64,000 bases of DNA from an uncultured Phycisphaerae bacterium (GTDB lineage Bacteria; Planctomycetota; Phycisphaerae; JAAYCJ01), in NCBI GenBank assembly GCA_964563935.1, contig CAZLZE010000005.1, positions 3,961 to 67,960 on the forward strand, written 5' to 3'. The notes under the pieces are model-generated. The model ran no database searches. It saw nothing but the letters and a program-made list of their open reading frames with translations, and was not told where the DNA came from. The stretch's first letter is position 1; each line of letters opens with the position of its first letter. Below are positions 49,252 through 58,657 of this stretch, piece by piece. The translations under genes were made by a program, and so were the position numbers.

Positions 49252-51477
49252 TTACGGCGGCGGCTGCAGGGTTACCTTCGTGATGTAAATGGGCAGGAGG
49301 GGCACATTTTGATGGTCGGGGTATCCATCGCCCGTGACATCGAGGGAATGTGTTGCCACACCGCTTATGTTATCCACGATGTCCATTCCTGAAATAACTT
49401 CGCCGAAGACGGCATAGCCGGGGTTCGATGCGCTTGAGTAATTGAGGAACGCATTGTCCACGGTGTTGATGAAGAACTGGCAGGTGGCACTGTTCGGGTC
49501 CGCAGTCCTTGCCATGGCGATCGTTCCTCGAACATTCAGGAGACCACTGATATTCGTGGTTTCCAGAACAATCGGGGCGTGCGTGCCCTTTTCCTCCATA
49601 TTGGTCATATTGCCCGTATTGGGATCAATGGCGGTCGCGACGAATCCGCCGCCCTGGATCATGAAACCGGGTATGACGCGATGAAAAATAGTGTGTTCGC
49701 CAGAAAATGTACCGTCGGTCCCATCGAAGAATCCTTCGTTGACATACTGAAGGAAGTTCGCGACGGTAATCGGGGCCTTTTCCCGGTTAAGTCTGAGCGT
49801 GATATTTCCCATCGAAGTCTCCATAACGACCTGTGGATACTTGTAGACGAATACGGCGGTGATCGTCTTGGCGGCCGTCATGGTGACATCCAGGGGGTTG
49901 GCGTTTCCGGAAGCGTCACCCGCCCAATGATCGAGCATCCAATCGGTAGCCGGCGTGGCGGTCAGCGTGACGGTGGAGTTCGGGTCATACTTGCTGGCGC
50001 CTGGCGACTTGGCAACCGAGCCCTGACCTTCCACATTTACGGTAAGCGCGACTTGCTCGACGAAGACGCCGGTAACAGTCTTATTGGCATTCATCGTAAG
50101 GTTGATGGAACCGGCAGTTCCGGAGGCATCGCCTTCCCAGCGGACAAAAGTCCATCCAATGGCGGGAATGGCGACCAGGTTGACACTCGTTCCGGCGTTG
50201 TATTGCGTTCCGCTGGCGGGGTTGAATCCGCCGTTTCCTACTGCCTTCAGGGTGAGCGTGTATTTCGCGGCATCTTGTTCAAATATGGCGACGATGGCGC
50301 GATCGCTGCTCATGGTGATCTGAAGGCTTGTCGCCGTTCCGAGGGTCGTCGAGCCTTCTTGCCATCTCGCAAAATGCCATCCGGCACTGGGCGTCGCGGT
50401 CAGGGTAACAAGTGATCCGTCGTTGTATTGCGTTCCGCTGGCGGGGCTGACGGTGCCTTGTCCCTGAGAAGTCAGCGTGAGGGTATATGGTTTGTCGAGT
50501 TCGAACACCGCAACCACGTTGCGATCGCCATTCATGGTGATCTGGAGATCAGTTGCGGTCCCCAGAGTCGTCGTACCTTCTTTCCACTGAGCGAAATGCC
50601 ACCCCGTGCCGGGTACAGCGGTGAGGGTGACGCTATCTCCATACTTGTAACTTCCACCCGCAGGCGAGTAGCTTACGCTTCCGAACCCGTCGAGAGTGAC
50701 GTTCAGAGCGACGGCCGACTCGCTGAAGACGGCGGTAATGTTCTTATTATTGTCCATGGTGACCGTGGCGGGATTGGCCGTGCCGGTCAGATCGCCTGCC
50801 CAATGGTCGAATCGCCAATCCTCGTTGGCGGGGATGGCTGTGAGTTTCACCGTGCTGTTGGGGTCGAACTTGTCCGCCGATGGATCCTTGGCCACGGTTC
50901 CCTGTCCGCTGACGTTGACAGTAAGGCTCTTTTGTTCGACAAAGACACACGTAACCTGCTCGTCCTGGTCCCACTGGAAGTTGATGGGATTGTCGGTGAA
51001 GGTGGAACCACCAATTGTCCACCGTGCAAACGTCCAGCCAGCGGCCGGAGTGGCCTCCAATGTTGCCTTTTCACCCTTGTTATAAACTGTTTGTGGAAAA
51101 TCCACTGTTCCCTGACCTTCGGTGGTGAGCGTGACGTGAACCGGATCGTTGGGTTCGAAAACGGCCGTTACCGTCTTGTCACCATCCATGGTGATCAGAG
51201 TGCTGCTGCGGACACCGACGCTGTCACCTTCCCAACGGGTAAACTTCCATCCGTTGGCAGCAGATACTGCGTCGAGCAGGATCTTGTCGCCGTCGGCAAA
51301 ACTCCCTCCGTTGGGAGTTACCGTTCCCTTGCCCGCGGGCGAGATATTGACGGTCAGGGTATGATACTCGGTAATCACATCATTCACATTGGGGATACAC
51401 CCGGCCTGGAAGAGCAGGGCGAAAACGAGACACACGATTGTGAAATTCCGAGCAAGGGAAAGACACTGCATACTCAT
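49252..51477 (-). CDS. Lipoprotein with about eight tandem InlB-B-repeat-like (bacterial repeat) domains and a C-terminal cyclophilin-type peptidyl-prolyl isomerase
   Basis: Lipobox LFQAGC. About 75-aa modules repeated, each G-x-GTV-x-P...Y-x-G-x-VTLTA-x-P-x-GW-x-F-x-RW-x-GD...TM...VTAVF. C-terminus VVMETSMGNITLRLNREKAPITVANFLQYV...FHRVIPGFMIQGGGF is a cyclophilin fold. Confidence 0.8.
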   Translation of the reverse strand: MSMQCLSLARNFTIVCLVFALLFQAGCIPNVNDVITEYHTLTVNISPAGKGTVTPNGGSFADGDKILLDAVSAANGWKFTRWEGDSVGVRSSTLITMDGDKTVTAVFEPNDPVHVTLTTEGQGTVDFPQTVYNKGEKATLEATPAAGWTFARWTIGGSTFTDNPINFQWDQDEQVTCVFVEQKSLTVNVSGQGTVAKDPSADKFDPNSTVKLTAIPANEDWRFDHWAGDLTGTANPATVTMDNNKNITAVFSESAVALNVTLDGFGSVSYSPAGGSYKYGDSVTLTAVPGTGWHFAQWKEGTTTLGTATDLQITMNGDRNVVAVFELDKPYTLTLTSQGQGTVSPASGTQYNDGSLVTLTATPSAGWHFARWQEGSTTLGTATSLQITMSSDRAIVAIFEQDAAKYTLTLKAVGNGGFNPASGTQYNAGTSVNLVAIPAIGWTFVRWEGDASGTAGSINLTMNANKTVTGVFVEQVALTVNVEGQGSVAKSPGASKYDPNSTVTLTATPATDWMLDHWAGDASGNANPLDVTMTAAKTITAVFVYKYPQVVMETSMGNITLRLNREKAPITVANFLQYVNEGFFDGTDGTFSGEHTIFHRVIPGFMIQGGGFVATAIDPNTGNMTNMEEKGTHAPIVLETTNISGLLNVRGTIAMARTADPNSATCQFFINTVDNAFLNYSSASNPGYAVFGEVISGMDIVDNISGVATHSLDVTGDGYPDHQNVPLLPIYITKVTLQPPP

Positions 51478-51694
51478 CTACTCTCCGATCACAAGGTTAA
51501 GCTGATCTATTATAGCCATTTTTCAGTTAACAGGCTAGGGCGCAGTTGGCGAATTCCGCTGGCGGCGAGGGAAATGCGGTCGGCGTAATTTCCCGGGCGA
51601 GGGAACGTCCTATAAGACATCTTCTTCAAAAGTCTTGACGCGCCATGAGGATAGGGTTAGAGTAGAAACTTTCCCAGTTAGAGAGGATTTTCAG

Positions 51695-53242
51695 ATGACC
51701 AGTGAACAAACGAAACGGCCCGAACCCATTCGGTGCCGACGTTGGGCGGAACAGATTCAGCACCAGTTTGGCGGGCTGGTCTACACCACTTCTTTCATCG
51801 TCAAAAACGATGTGATGGCGTTTCTGCACCGGATGGATGGGGTGCGGAAAATGTGGTTGATCTGGGACTCCAAGTCGCCCGATTGGATCAACGAATTTCA
51901 GGGCCTGTCCGCTCGAGTCAATCTGGACGGTCATGTGTGCAACGCCAAGCAGTGTCCGGTCGATGCAGCCAACAGCCAGGTACTGCGGAACCTCTTTGCG
52001 TTCACCCGTCCGCAACTTGTCGGAATCAGAAAGAGCTTTGGGTTCGGCGACCGACTGGGTCTGGCGACGCCCGGGCACATCCTGGCGGTGGGGAATCATG
52101 CGATCATGCCCATCCTGGCCCAGCAGTCGATTCGTGAGATGACACGGACGAAACGCTCGGCGCAGCAGGTGATGGACGATGCCTGCTGGTCGGTTTTCCA
52201 GGCAGGCTTCGAGCGTCCCTTCGGTTCCGACGCGGACCATCTGAAAAATGAGGCGGATATCGACGTTTGCGCCAAAGCAGGGTTCGGATTGTTCACTATC
52301 GATCCGGGCGATCATGTGGATGACAAGGCGGACACGGACGATATCGAGACGATCAATACGAAGTTCACAAGCCTTCCGTGGGCGGTTCTGGAGACGACGG
52401 CTCAGGATAAGATCAAACGCTACGAGAACAGTGTATCTCTTGCGAGCGGAAACCTTCCGTTCACTCGGGAGCAGATTCTTCGTGCGGCCGTCAAGTATGG
52501 CCGGGCTATTGCCCATACCTACAAAATGTACCAGCATCTGCTTTCCGTGGCCGGCAAGGGACAGTTCGAACTGGAAGTGTCGGTGGACGAGACGGCTTCG
52601 CCGACGACTCCTCAGGAACACTATTATGTCGCCAGCGAGTTGAGGCGCCTGGGCGTTAAGTGGGTATCGCTGGCGCCGCGGTTTGTCGGTCGGTTCGAAA
52701 AGGGCGTCGATTACATCGGCGATTTGGATGAGTTCCGCAAGGAATTCGTGCACCACGCGGAAATCGCCAAGGCGCTCGGACCGTACAAGCTCTCCATTCA
52801 CAGCGGGAGCGACAAGTTCAGCATTTATCCTATAGCAGCAGAGTACTGCGGCGACCTGATCCACGTTAAAACGGCGGGAACAAGCTATCTGGAGGCGTTA
52901 CGCGTTCTGGCGAAGCTGGAGCCGGATCTGTTCCGCCAGATTCTTGATTTTGCCCGGGCCAGGTATCTGGAAGATCGGGCGTCGTACCACGTGTCGGCGG
53001 ACCTCAGCAAGGTCCCGGCCGCCAAGGATCTAACGGACTACCAGATCTCCCGGCTGTTGGATGATTTTGACGCCCGCGAGGTCCTGCATGTGACGTTCGG
53101 GTCCGTCCTGACCACGCTGGACACCTCCGGTCAGCCCCGATTCCGCGACCGGCTGATAAACGCACTGATCGATCACGAAGAGGCCTATCACCAATGCCTC
53201 AAGCAGCATCTGGGTCGGCACGTGGAACCATTTACAAAATAA
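51695..53242 (+). CDS. uxaE: Tagaturonate/fructuronate epimerase-like protein (UxaE family); family assignment tentative
   Basis: About 515 aa TIM-barrel protein with SFGFGDRLG and SDADHLK blocks, recalled as UxaE-like. GAGAGGA ribosome-binding site before ATG 51695; the ORF from 51635 starts on TTG. An SDR follows. Confidence 0.55.
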   Translation: MTSEQTKRPEPIRCRRWAEQIQHQFGGLVYTTSFIVKNDVMAFLHRMDGVRKMWLIWDSKSPDWINEFQGLSARVNLDGHVCNAKQCPVDAANSQVLRNLFAFTRPQLVGIRKSFGFGDRLGLATPGHILAVGNHAIMPILAQQSIREMTRTKRSAQQVMDDACWSVFQAGFERPFGSDADHLKNEADIDVCAKAGFGLFTIDPGDHVDDKADTDDIETINTKFTSLPWAVLETTAQDKIKRYENSVSLASGNLPFTREQILRAAVKYGRAIAHTYKMYQHLLSVAGKGQFELEVSVDETASPTTPQEHYYVASELRRLGVKWVSLAPRFVGRFEKGVDYIGDLDEFRKEFVHHAEIAKALGPYKLSIHSGSDKFSIYPIAAEYCGDLIHVKTAGTSYLEALRVLAKLEPDLFRQILDFARARYLEDRASYHVSADLSKVPAAKDLTDYQISRLLDDFDAREVLHVTFGSVLTTLDTSGQPRFRDRLINALIDHEEAYHQCLKQHLGRHVEPFTK

Positions 53243-53305
53243 ATGGGTTTTCGTACAAGCGGACGCGTTAGGCGGATGCAGGACAAACAGGTAACATTAC
53301 GTGGA

Positions 53306-53336
53306 AGGCCTCGTCACGAACGAGGCCTTCTCTTTA
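53306..53336 (+). terminator. Hairpin terminator after the epimerase-like gene
   Basis: aggcctcgt-cacga-acgaggcct 9-bp stem followed by tctcttt (weak T-tract). Confidence 0.45.
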
Positions 53337-53368
53337 CTGACAGTCATTGAGCAGAAAGGACGATAGGA

Positions 53369-54205
53369 ATGAACGGACTCGAACGTCTTGCGGAATGGTT
53401 CGGCGTATCTGGGCAGGTCGCAGTGATTACCGGCGCGGGTGGAATCCTGTGCAGTGAGATGGCCAAGGCGCTGGGCGCCCTGGGCGCCAAGGTTGCCATT
53501 CTGGACCTGCGGCTTGACGCGGCGGAAAAGTGCGCCTGCGCGATCCAGAACGACGGCGGAAATTCGCTGGCGGTCGAGTGCAACGTCCTCGATCGCGCCA
53601 GTGTGGAAAAAGCGTGCGAAAAGATCCTCGGACAGTGGGGAAAAGTGGATATTCTGATCAACGGGGCGGGTGGAAACCGCAAGGACGCGACGACGTCCCC
53701 GGAGTTGAGTTTCTTCGACCTTCCCGCGGAGGCAATCAAGTTCGTCTTTGATTTGAACATCATCGGAACACTGCTTCCGTCGCAGATCTTTGGGCGGCAG
53801 ATGGCCAAACAAAAAACCGGGTGTATTATCAACATCTCATCGATGAACGCGACGCGCCCGCTGACGAAAATTCCGGGCTACTCGGCCGCCAAGGCGGGTG
53901 TGTCGAATTTCACCCAGTGGCTGGCGGTTCACTTGGCCCAGAATTACTCTCCGAACATCCGGGTCAACGCCATCGCCCCAGGATTCTTTCTGACCGATCA
54001 AAACCGCTTCCTGTTGACCGATGAGAAATCGGGCGATCTGACCGATCGCGGCAAAACGATCATCTCCCATACCCCGATGGGACGTTTTGGCGAGCCGAAG
54101 GACCTGATCTCGACGCTGATCTGGCTTGTGGGACCGGGCGCCAAATTCATGACCGGCGTGGTGGTTCCGGTCGACGGCGGGTTCTCCGCGTTCAGCGGCG
54201 TATAG
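53369..54205 (+). CDS. SDR family oxidoreductase, putative D-mannonate/fructuronate reductase type
   Basis: VAVITGAGGILC glycine motif, NISS...YSAAK catalytic tetrad and C-terminal PVDGGF. Adjacent to the epimerase. Confidence 0.8.
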   Translation: MNGLERLAEWFGVSGQVAVITGAGGILCSEMAKALGALGAKVAILDLRLDAAEKCACAIQNDGGNSLAVECNVLDRASVEKACEKILGQWGKVDILINGAGGNRKDATTSPELSFFDLPAEAIKFVFDLNIIGTLLPSQIFGRQMAKQKTGCIINISSMNATRPLTKIPGYSAAKAGVSNFTQWLAVHLAQNYSPNIRVNAIAPGFFLTDQNRFLLTDEKSGDLTDRGKTIISHTPMGRFGEPKDLISTLIWLVGPGAKFMTGVVVPVDGGFSAFSGV

Positions 54206-54313
54206 CAATCTGCACCGAGTCAAGAGCGTGGACTTTCCGAATGTCATCCGCGTATCCGCGAAGGATCCAGTTGCTGCCTTGCTCAGGATTGGCGGCGAAG
54301 CCAACGCTGATTT

Positions 54314-54721
54314 CTATTCCGAAAAATCCAGCGGGTCTTTCTTCCGATATGCCAGCCCTTGGAAAATGGCAACCAAATCACCGCTTTCGTCCGTCACGCG
54401 AACGGTATACGAACCCAGTCTCGGATTCTTCGAGTTCTCCTCAGCCTCAGCCGTCAGCCATCCGCTGCTCACCGCCTTCATGAACGTAGTGTCCGCGTTG
54501 ATCGCCACCGCCACCGTCCCGTGTGAGTTGCACGCCACCGCGAACGCGAAGTCGGCCAGCGTCACCAGCGCCCCGCCGTGACACGAGCCCATTCCGTTCA
54601 GATGCATCTTCTTCACCTCCATCCGCACCTTGGCCCGACCGGGTGAAACGTCCACCAGTTCAATTCCACAATGGGCGGCAAACTTGTCTTTTTTGAAGAA
54701 TTTTCGTATGCGATCCATCAT
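54314..54721 (-). CDS. PaaI-family hotdog-fold thioesterase
   Basis: LNGMGSCHGGALVTLADFAFAVACN hotdog signature; 135 aa. Confidence 0.8.
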   Translation of the reverse strand: MMDRIRKFFKKDKFAAHCGIELVDVSPGRAKVRMEVKKMHLNGMGSCHGGALVTLADFAFAVACNSHGTVAVAINADTTFMKAVSSGWLTAEAEENSKNPRLGSYTVRVTDESGDLVAIFQGLAYRKKDPLDFSE

Positions 54722-54759
54722 CTTCTCCTTTTTATCCGCTTACCACTTGCGACCATCTT

Positions 54760-55932
54760 TCAGACTCCAGCGCCGGGGACGATTTTTCCAAGCACCACCG
54801 GTCTGGTCGCCCCCGTGGCCGACGGAACGTTGTTGCACCATCCGTGAACCGTGGCATAACCAAGAATGGCAAACGAAACCGCCTCCTTCGCGTCCGGATC
54901 GATTCCAAACTCGCTCATCAGGGCAATTTTCGTTTCCGGCAACTCCTCTTTCAGCATGCCGACCAGCGTATCGTTCCACGCGCCCCCGCCGCAAAGGATC
55001 ATCTCATCCACTCGCTGACCCAGAAATCGCCGATACGCCTCCGCAATCGACCGGGCCGTGAACGCCGTCGCCGTGGCCAGGATATCCAGCGGGGCAATTT
55101 TTCTCTTTCGCGCCTCACGCCATGCCGCGTCCGCGAACTGCACCCCAAACATCTCCCGGCCGGTCGTCTTCGGAGGTTTTCGTCGAAAATAGGCGTGCCG
55201 CATCCACTCGCCGAGCAACGATGCAACACCCTTGCCCCGGGCAGCAAGCTTGCGTGCCTTGTCGTAATCCTCCCGGCCGTCCGTAATCATCGACGTAAGT
55301 CGGTCGATCATCATGTTCCCCGGCCCGGTATCGAACGCAAGAACATCCTCAATCGTCCCGCCCGCGGGAAGGAACGTCACATTGGCGATCCCTCCGATGT
55401 TCTGCAGGGCGCGATTCTTTCGCTTATGACGAAACAGGATGTAATCCGCAAACGGGACCAGCGGCGCCCCCTGCCCGCCCGCGGCGATATCGCGAGGACG
55501 AAAATCCGCCACCGTCGTAATCCCCGTTCGTTCGGCTATGATCGATGGCTCAGCAATCTGCAGCGTCGATCGCGGTTTTTGCGGAATGTGATAGATCGTC
55601 TGGCCGTGCGACCCGATCAGATCGATCGATCGCGGGTCGATCCCCGCCTTCCGGCAAACCCGAACCACCGCATCGGCAAAAATCTCGCCCAGCACAAAAT
55701 TCATCCGGCAGATATCGTCTGTCCCGCTCGTCTCCGGACGAAACAGCCTGAATATCGCCCCGCGAAGCGCCGGCGGGTATGGAAACATTTCAAAAGCAAG
55801 CAGTTTCACATCCCGACCGTCGAAGTCGATAATGGCAGCGTCCACCCCGTCCGCGCTCGTCCCGGACATGAGCCCTGCGATCCGCAACTTCTTCTTCGCC
55901 GCAAAATGCACCGCCTTTGTCGTCATGCCCAC
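54760..55932 (-). CDS. anmK: Anhydro-N-acetylmuramic acid kinase
   Basis: IAGLMSGTSADGVDAAIIDF N-terminus and an ASKHA-fold core. Confidence 0.9.
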   Translation of the reverse strand: MGMTTKAVHFAAKKKLRIAGLMSGTSADGVDAAIIDFDGRDVKLLAFEMFPYPPALRGAIFRLFRPETSGTDDICRMNFVLGEIFADAVVRVCRKAGIDPRSIDLIGSHGQTIYHIPQKPRSTLQIAEPSIIAERTGITTVADFRPRDIAAGGQGAPLVPFADYILFRHKRKNRALQNIGGIANVTFLPAGGTIEDVLAFDTGPGNMMIDRLTSMITDGREDYDKARKLAARGKGVASLLGEWMRHAYFRRKPPKTTGREMFGVQFADAAWREARKRKIAPLDILATATAFTARSIAEAYRRFLGQRVDEMILCGGGAWNDTLVGMLKEELPETKIALMSEFGIDPDAKEAVSFAILGYATVHGWCNNVPSATGATRPVVLGKIVPGAGV

Positions 55933-55979
55933 ATCCTACCCTCGGCCGCAAGCGGGGGCAAAGATTTTCACAAAATGAG

Positions 55980-56031
55980 ATTGTTAACAATCCATGACGC
56001 AGGTATCATAGTCCAATCAATTGTTAACAAT
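55980..56031. promoter_or_regulatory. Two identical 12-bp palindromes ATTGTTAACAAT spaced 40 bp apart, immediately upstream of the GH36 gene
   Basis: Read directly: gagATTGTTAACAATcca ... caATTGTTAACAATcgttaaatggagaatatcATG. The second copy abuts the ribosome-binding site. Confidence 0.55.
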
Positions 56032-56037
56032 CGTTAA

Positions 56038-58503
56038 ATGGAGAATATCATGACGCATCGGACAGGAACACCGGACGAAATGCGAACGATCAAAGAGTGG
56101 ATTCACGGCGTGATGGGAAACGCACCCGCCAAGCCGTTCGTGGTCCTTGACTGCCGCACCCAGGGATGGGGAACTCTCCAAACCAACCAGTCCATTTCCG
56201 GCGGACCAATCCGTCTCAACGGAAAGACCTTCACTCACGGGCTCGGAACCCACGCCTACAGTGAGATTCTCGTGAAATCCAATACGCCCCTCAAGCGATT
56301 CACCGCCTTCGCGGGTGTCGACGACAACGCCATGACCCGCCAGGCAGCCATCCGCATGATCTTCTCCGTCGAAGTCAACGGCAAGGAAGTCTGCAACGCA
56401 GGTCCGCTTGCGGTATCCGATAATCCCGCGGAAGTCAACGTGGACCTCGGTGGAGCCACCGAATTCGTCCTTAAGGCGCGCGAAGAGACCGGAACTGCGC
56501 ATCTCGCCCACGCCAACTGGGCCGACGCGAAAGTTGTCCTGGCCGATGGGAAAGCTCTTACTCTCGGCACGGCCGAAAGCGAAGGATTCTTCCCAGGACC
56601 ACCCTTCTCCTTCCAATACAATGGCCAGGCGTCTTCGACGTTACTTGGCGACTGGACGCGGACCAACGGATCCGCCAAGGCCGACAAAGGAGTCACCTCT
56701 TACTGGAGCGCCTGGCGCGACCCGAAAACCGGCTTGGAGTGCCGGATGGAAGCCAAGGAATTTTCCGATTTCCCCGCCGCCGAATGGGTCCTGAAGTTCA
56801 AAAACACCGGCGACGCCGACACGCCGATCCTGGAAAACATCCAACCCCTCGATCTGGTGTGGTCCGGCATAAACAATCCCGTGCTGCACTACTCCTTCGG
56901 CTCCAATTGCCGAATCGACGACTTTCTCTATCAGCAGACCCCCATCGCCTCCGGCGCCAAGATCCGCAAGACGTCCAGCGGAGGGCGATCGGCGGAGGAG
57001 ACTCTCCCCTTCTTCAATGTGGCCACGCCCACGGAAGGATTCATCACCGCCATCGGCTGGACCGGTCAGTGGGCCGCCGAATTCGCCTTCAGCGGAAATG
57101 TCCTGAAAACACGGGCGGGAATGGAAAAGACGCATCTTAAACTCCACCCGGGCGAGGAAATCCGAACGCCCAGCATCCTTGTCCTGGCCTGGCAGGGAGC
57201 AAGCCCGCTCCGCGGGAATAATCTTCTTCGGCAATTCATCCTCCAGCACCACACGTATCGCCCCGACGGCAAGACGATCCCGACGCCGATCACGTGCGCC
57301 CATTGGGGCGGGATGAAAACCAGTGAACAGTTGGCCCGCGTCAAGGTAATCGCAGATCAGAAGCTCGATTACGACTATTACTGGATCGACGCCGGATGGT
57401 ACGGACCGGCCGACAGCTATTCGCCTGACGAGTTCACCGGCGACTGGGCTATCCACGTCGGAAACTGGAACTGCAACCCGGCAGCCCATCCCAACGGACT
57501 CAAGCCCATCAGCGACGCCATTCACAAAGCCGGAATGAAGTTCCTCCTCTGGTTCGAGCCCGAACGCGCCATTTACGGGACTCCACTGACGCTCGAGCAT
57601 CCCGAATGGTTCCTGGGGGATAAAACAAAGGGCGCAAATGTCCTCTTCAACCTGGGAATTCCAGAAGCCTGCAAGTGGCTGACGGACTACATCTGCGGCC
57701 TGATCCGCGAACACGGCGTGGACTGCTACCGTCAGGACTTCAACATCGCCCCCCTCCCCTTCTGGCAAAAGGCCGACGCACCTGATCGACAGGGCATGTC
57801 GGAAATTCGGCACATCGAGGGTCTCTACGCCTTCTGGGACGAGATTCTCCGCCGAAACCCGGGCCTCATCATCGACAACTGCTCCAGCGGTGGACGGCGA
57901 ATCGACCTGGAAATGACCGGCCGAAGCATCCCCCTCTGGCGAAGCGATGTCCAGTGCTGGCCCAACTTCGATCCCACCGCCAGCCAAGTCCACACCTACG
58001 GACTCGTCCACTGGGTCCCCTGCAGTACCACAGGAACCCACATGAAACGCGGAGACACCTACAATTTCCGCAGCGCCATGTGCACGGGCGTGCAATTCGG
58101 TCTCTATGGATACGAACGCGACAAAATTGACCCAAACTACCCCTATGATTGGCACCGTAAGATGATCGCCGACCAGCGACGCGCGATCCCCTACTTCCTG
58201 GGCGACTTCTATCCGCTGACGTCGTGCTCTACGTCGCCGGAGGAATGGATGGCGTACCAGATGCACCGCGACGACTTGAATGAAGGCTTCATCGTCGCCT
58301 TCCGACGTGAGAAAAGCCCCTTCATCGCCGCCGATTTCAATCCTCAGGCCTTCGACGAGCAGGCGACTTACGAATTCGAGGACGCCGACACTGGCAAGAA
58401 GGAGACGATCACAGGCCAGACCCTCAAAACCAGGGGACTCCGAATCACCCTGGACACCCCGCGCTCCAGCCGACTCCTGTTCTATCGCAAGACCCGAGGC
58501 TAG
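56038..58503 (+). CDS. Alpha-galactosidase, glycoside hydrolase family 36
   Basis: CYRQDFN (nucleophile-region analog of KWDMN) and IIDNCSSGGRRIDLEM (C-x-SGG-R-D block of GH36); 817-821 aa. A GGAGA ribosome-binding site favours ATG 56050. Confidence 0.82.
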   Translation: MENIMTHRTGTPDEMRTIKEWIHGVMGNAPAKPFVVLDCRTQGWGTLQTNQSISGGPIRLNGKTFTHGLGTHAYSEILVKSNTPLKRFTAFAGVDDNAMTRQAAIRMIFSVEVNGKEVCNAGPLAVSDNPAEVNVDLGGATEFVLKAREETGTAHLAHANWADAKVVLADGKALTLGTAESEGFFPGPPFSFQYNGQASSTLLGDWTRTNGSAKADKGVTSYWSAWRDPKTGLECRMEAKEFSDFPAAEWVLKFKNTGDADTPILENIQPLDLVWSGINNPVLHYSFGSNCRIDDFLYQQTPIASGAKIRKTSSGGRSAEETLPFFNVATPTEGFITAIGWTGQWAAEFAFSGNVLKTRAGMEKTHLKLHPGEEIRTPSILVLAWQGASPLRGNNLLRQFILQHHTYRPDGKTIPTPITCAHWGGMKTSEQLARVKVIADQKLDYDYYWIDAGWYGPADSYSPDEFTGDWAIHVGNWNCNPAAHPNGLKPISDAIHKAGMKFLLWFEPERAIYGTPLTLEHPEWFLGDKTKGANVLFNLGIPEACKWLTDYICGLIREHGVDCYRQDFNIAPLPFWQKADAPDRQGMSEIRHIEGLYAFWDEILRRNPGLIIDNCSSGGRRIDLEMTGRSIPLWRSDVQCWPNFDPTASQVHTYGLVHWVPCSTTGTHMKRGDTYNFRSAMCTGVQFGLYGYERDKIDPNYPYDWHRKMIADQRRAIPYFLGDFYPLTSCSTSPEEWMAYQMHRDDLNEGFIVAFRREKSPFIAADFNPQAFDEQATYEFEDADTGKKETITGQTLKTRGLRITLDTPRSSRLLFYRKTRG

Positions 58504-58534
58504 GAACGAATCAACAACCTATCACCAACATAAA

Positions 58535-58570
58535 AGGGGCAGGCATCAAACCTGCCCCTTCTACTTTTCT
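58535..58570. terminator. Bidirectional rho-independent terminator between convergent genes
   Basis: aaaa-aggggcagg-catcaaa-cctgcccct-tctactttt: an A-tract before and a T-tract after the 9-bp GC stem. Confidence 0.7.
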
Positions 58571-58657
58571 CCTAATCTTGCAGGGACGGTGCTTGCTCCG
58601 CCCTCTTCCTCCTCTCCTCCCAAAGCCCAAAGACTAAAGCCAAAAGCCCATCGCCGC

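Noticed and set aside
49500-51400. Tandem repetition inside the lipoprotein gene as a possible repeat element or CRISPR-like array
   Set aside because: The repeats are about 225 nt, in-frame protein-domain duplications with diverged sequence, not short direct repeats with spacers.
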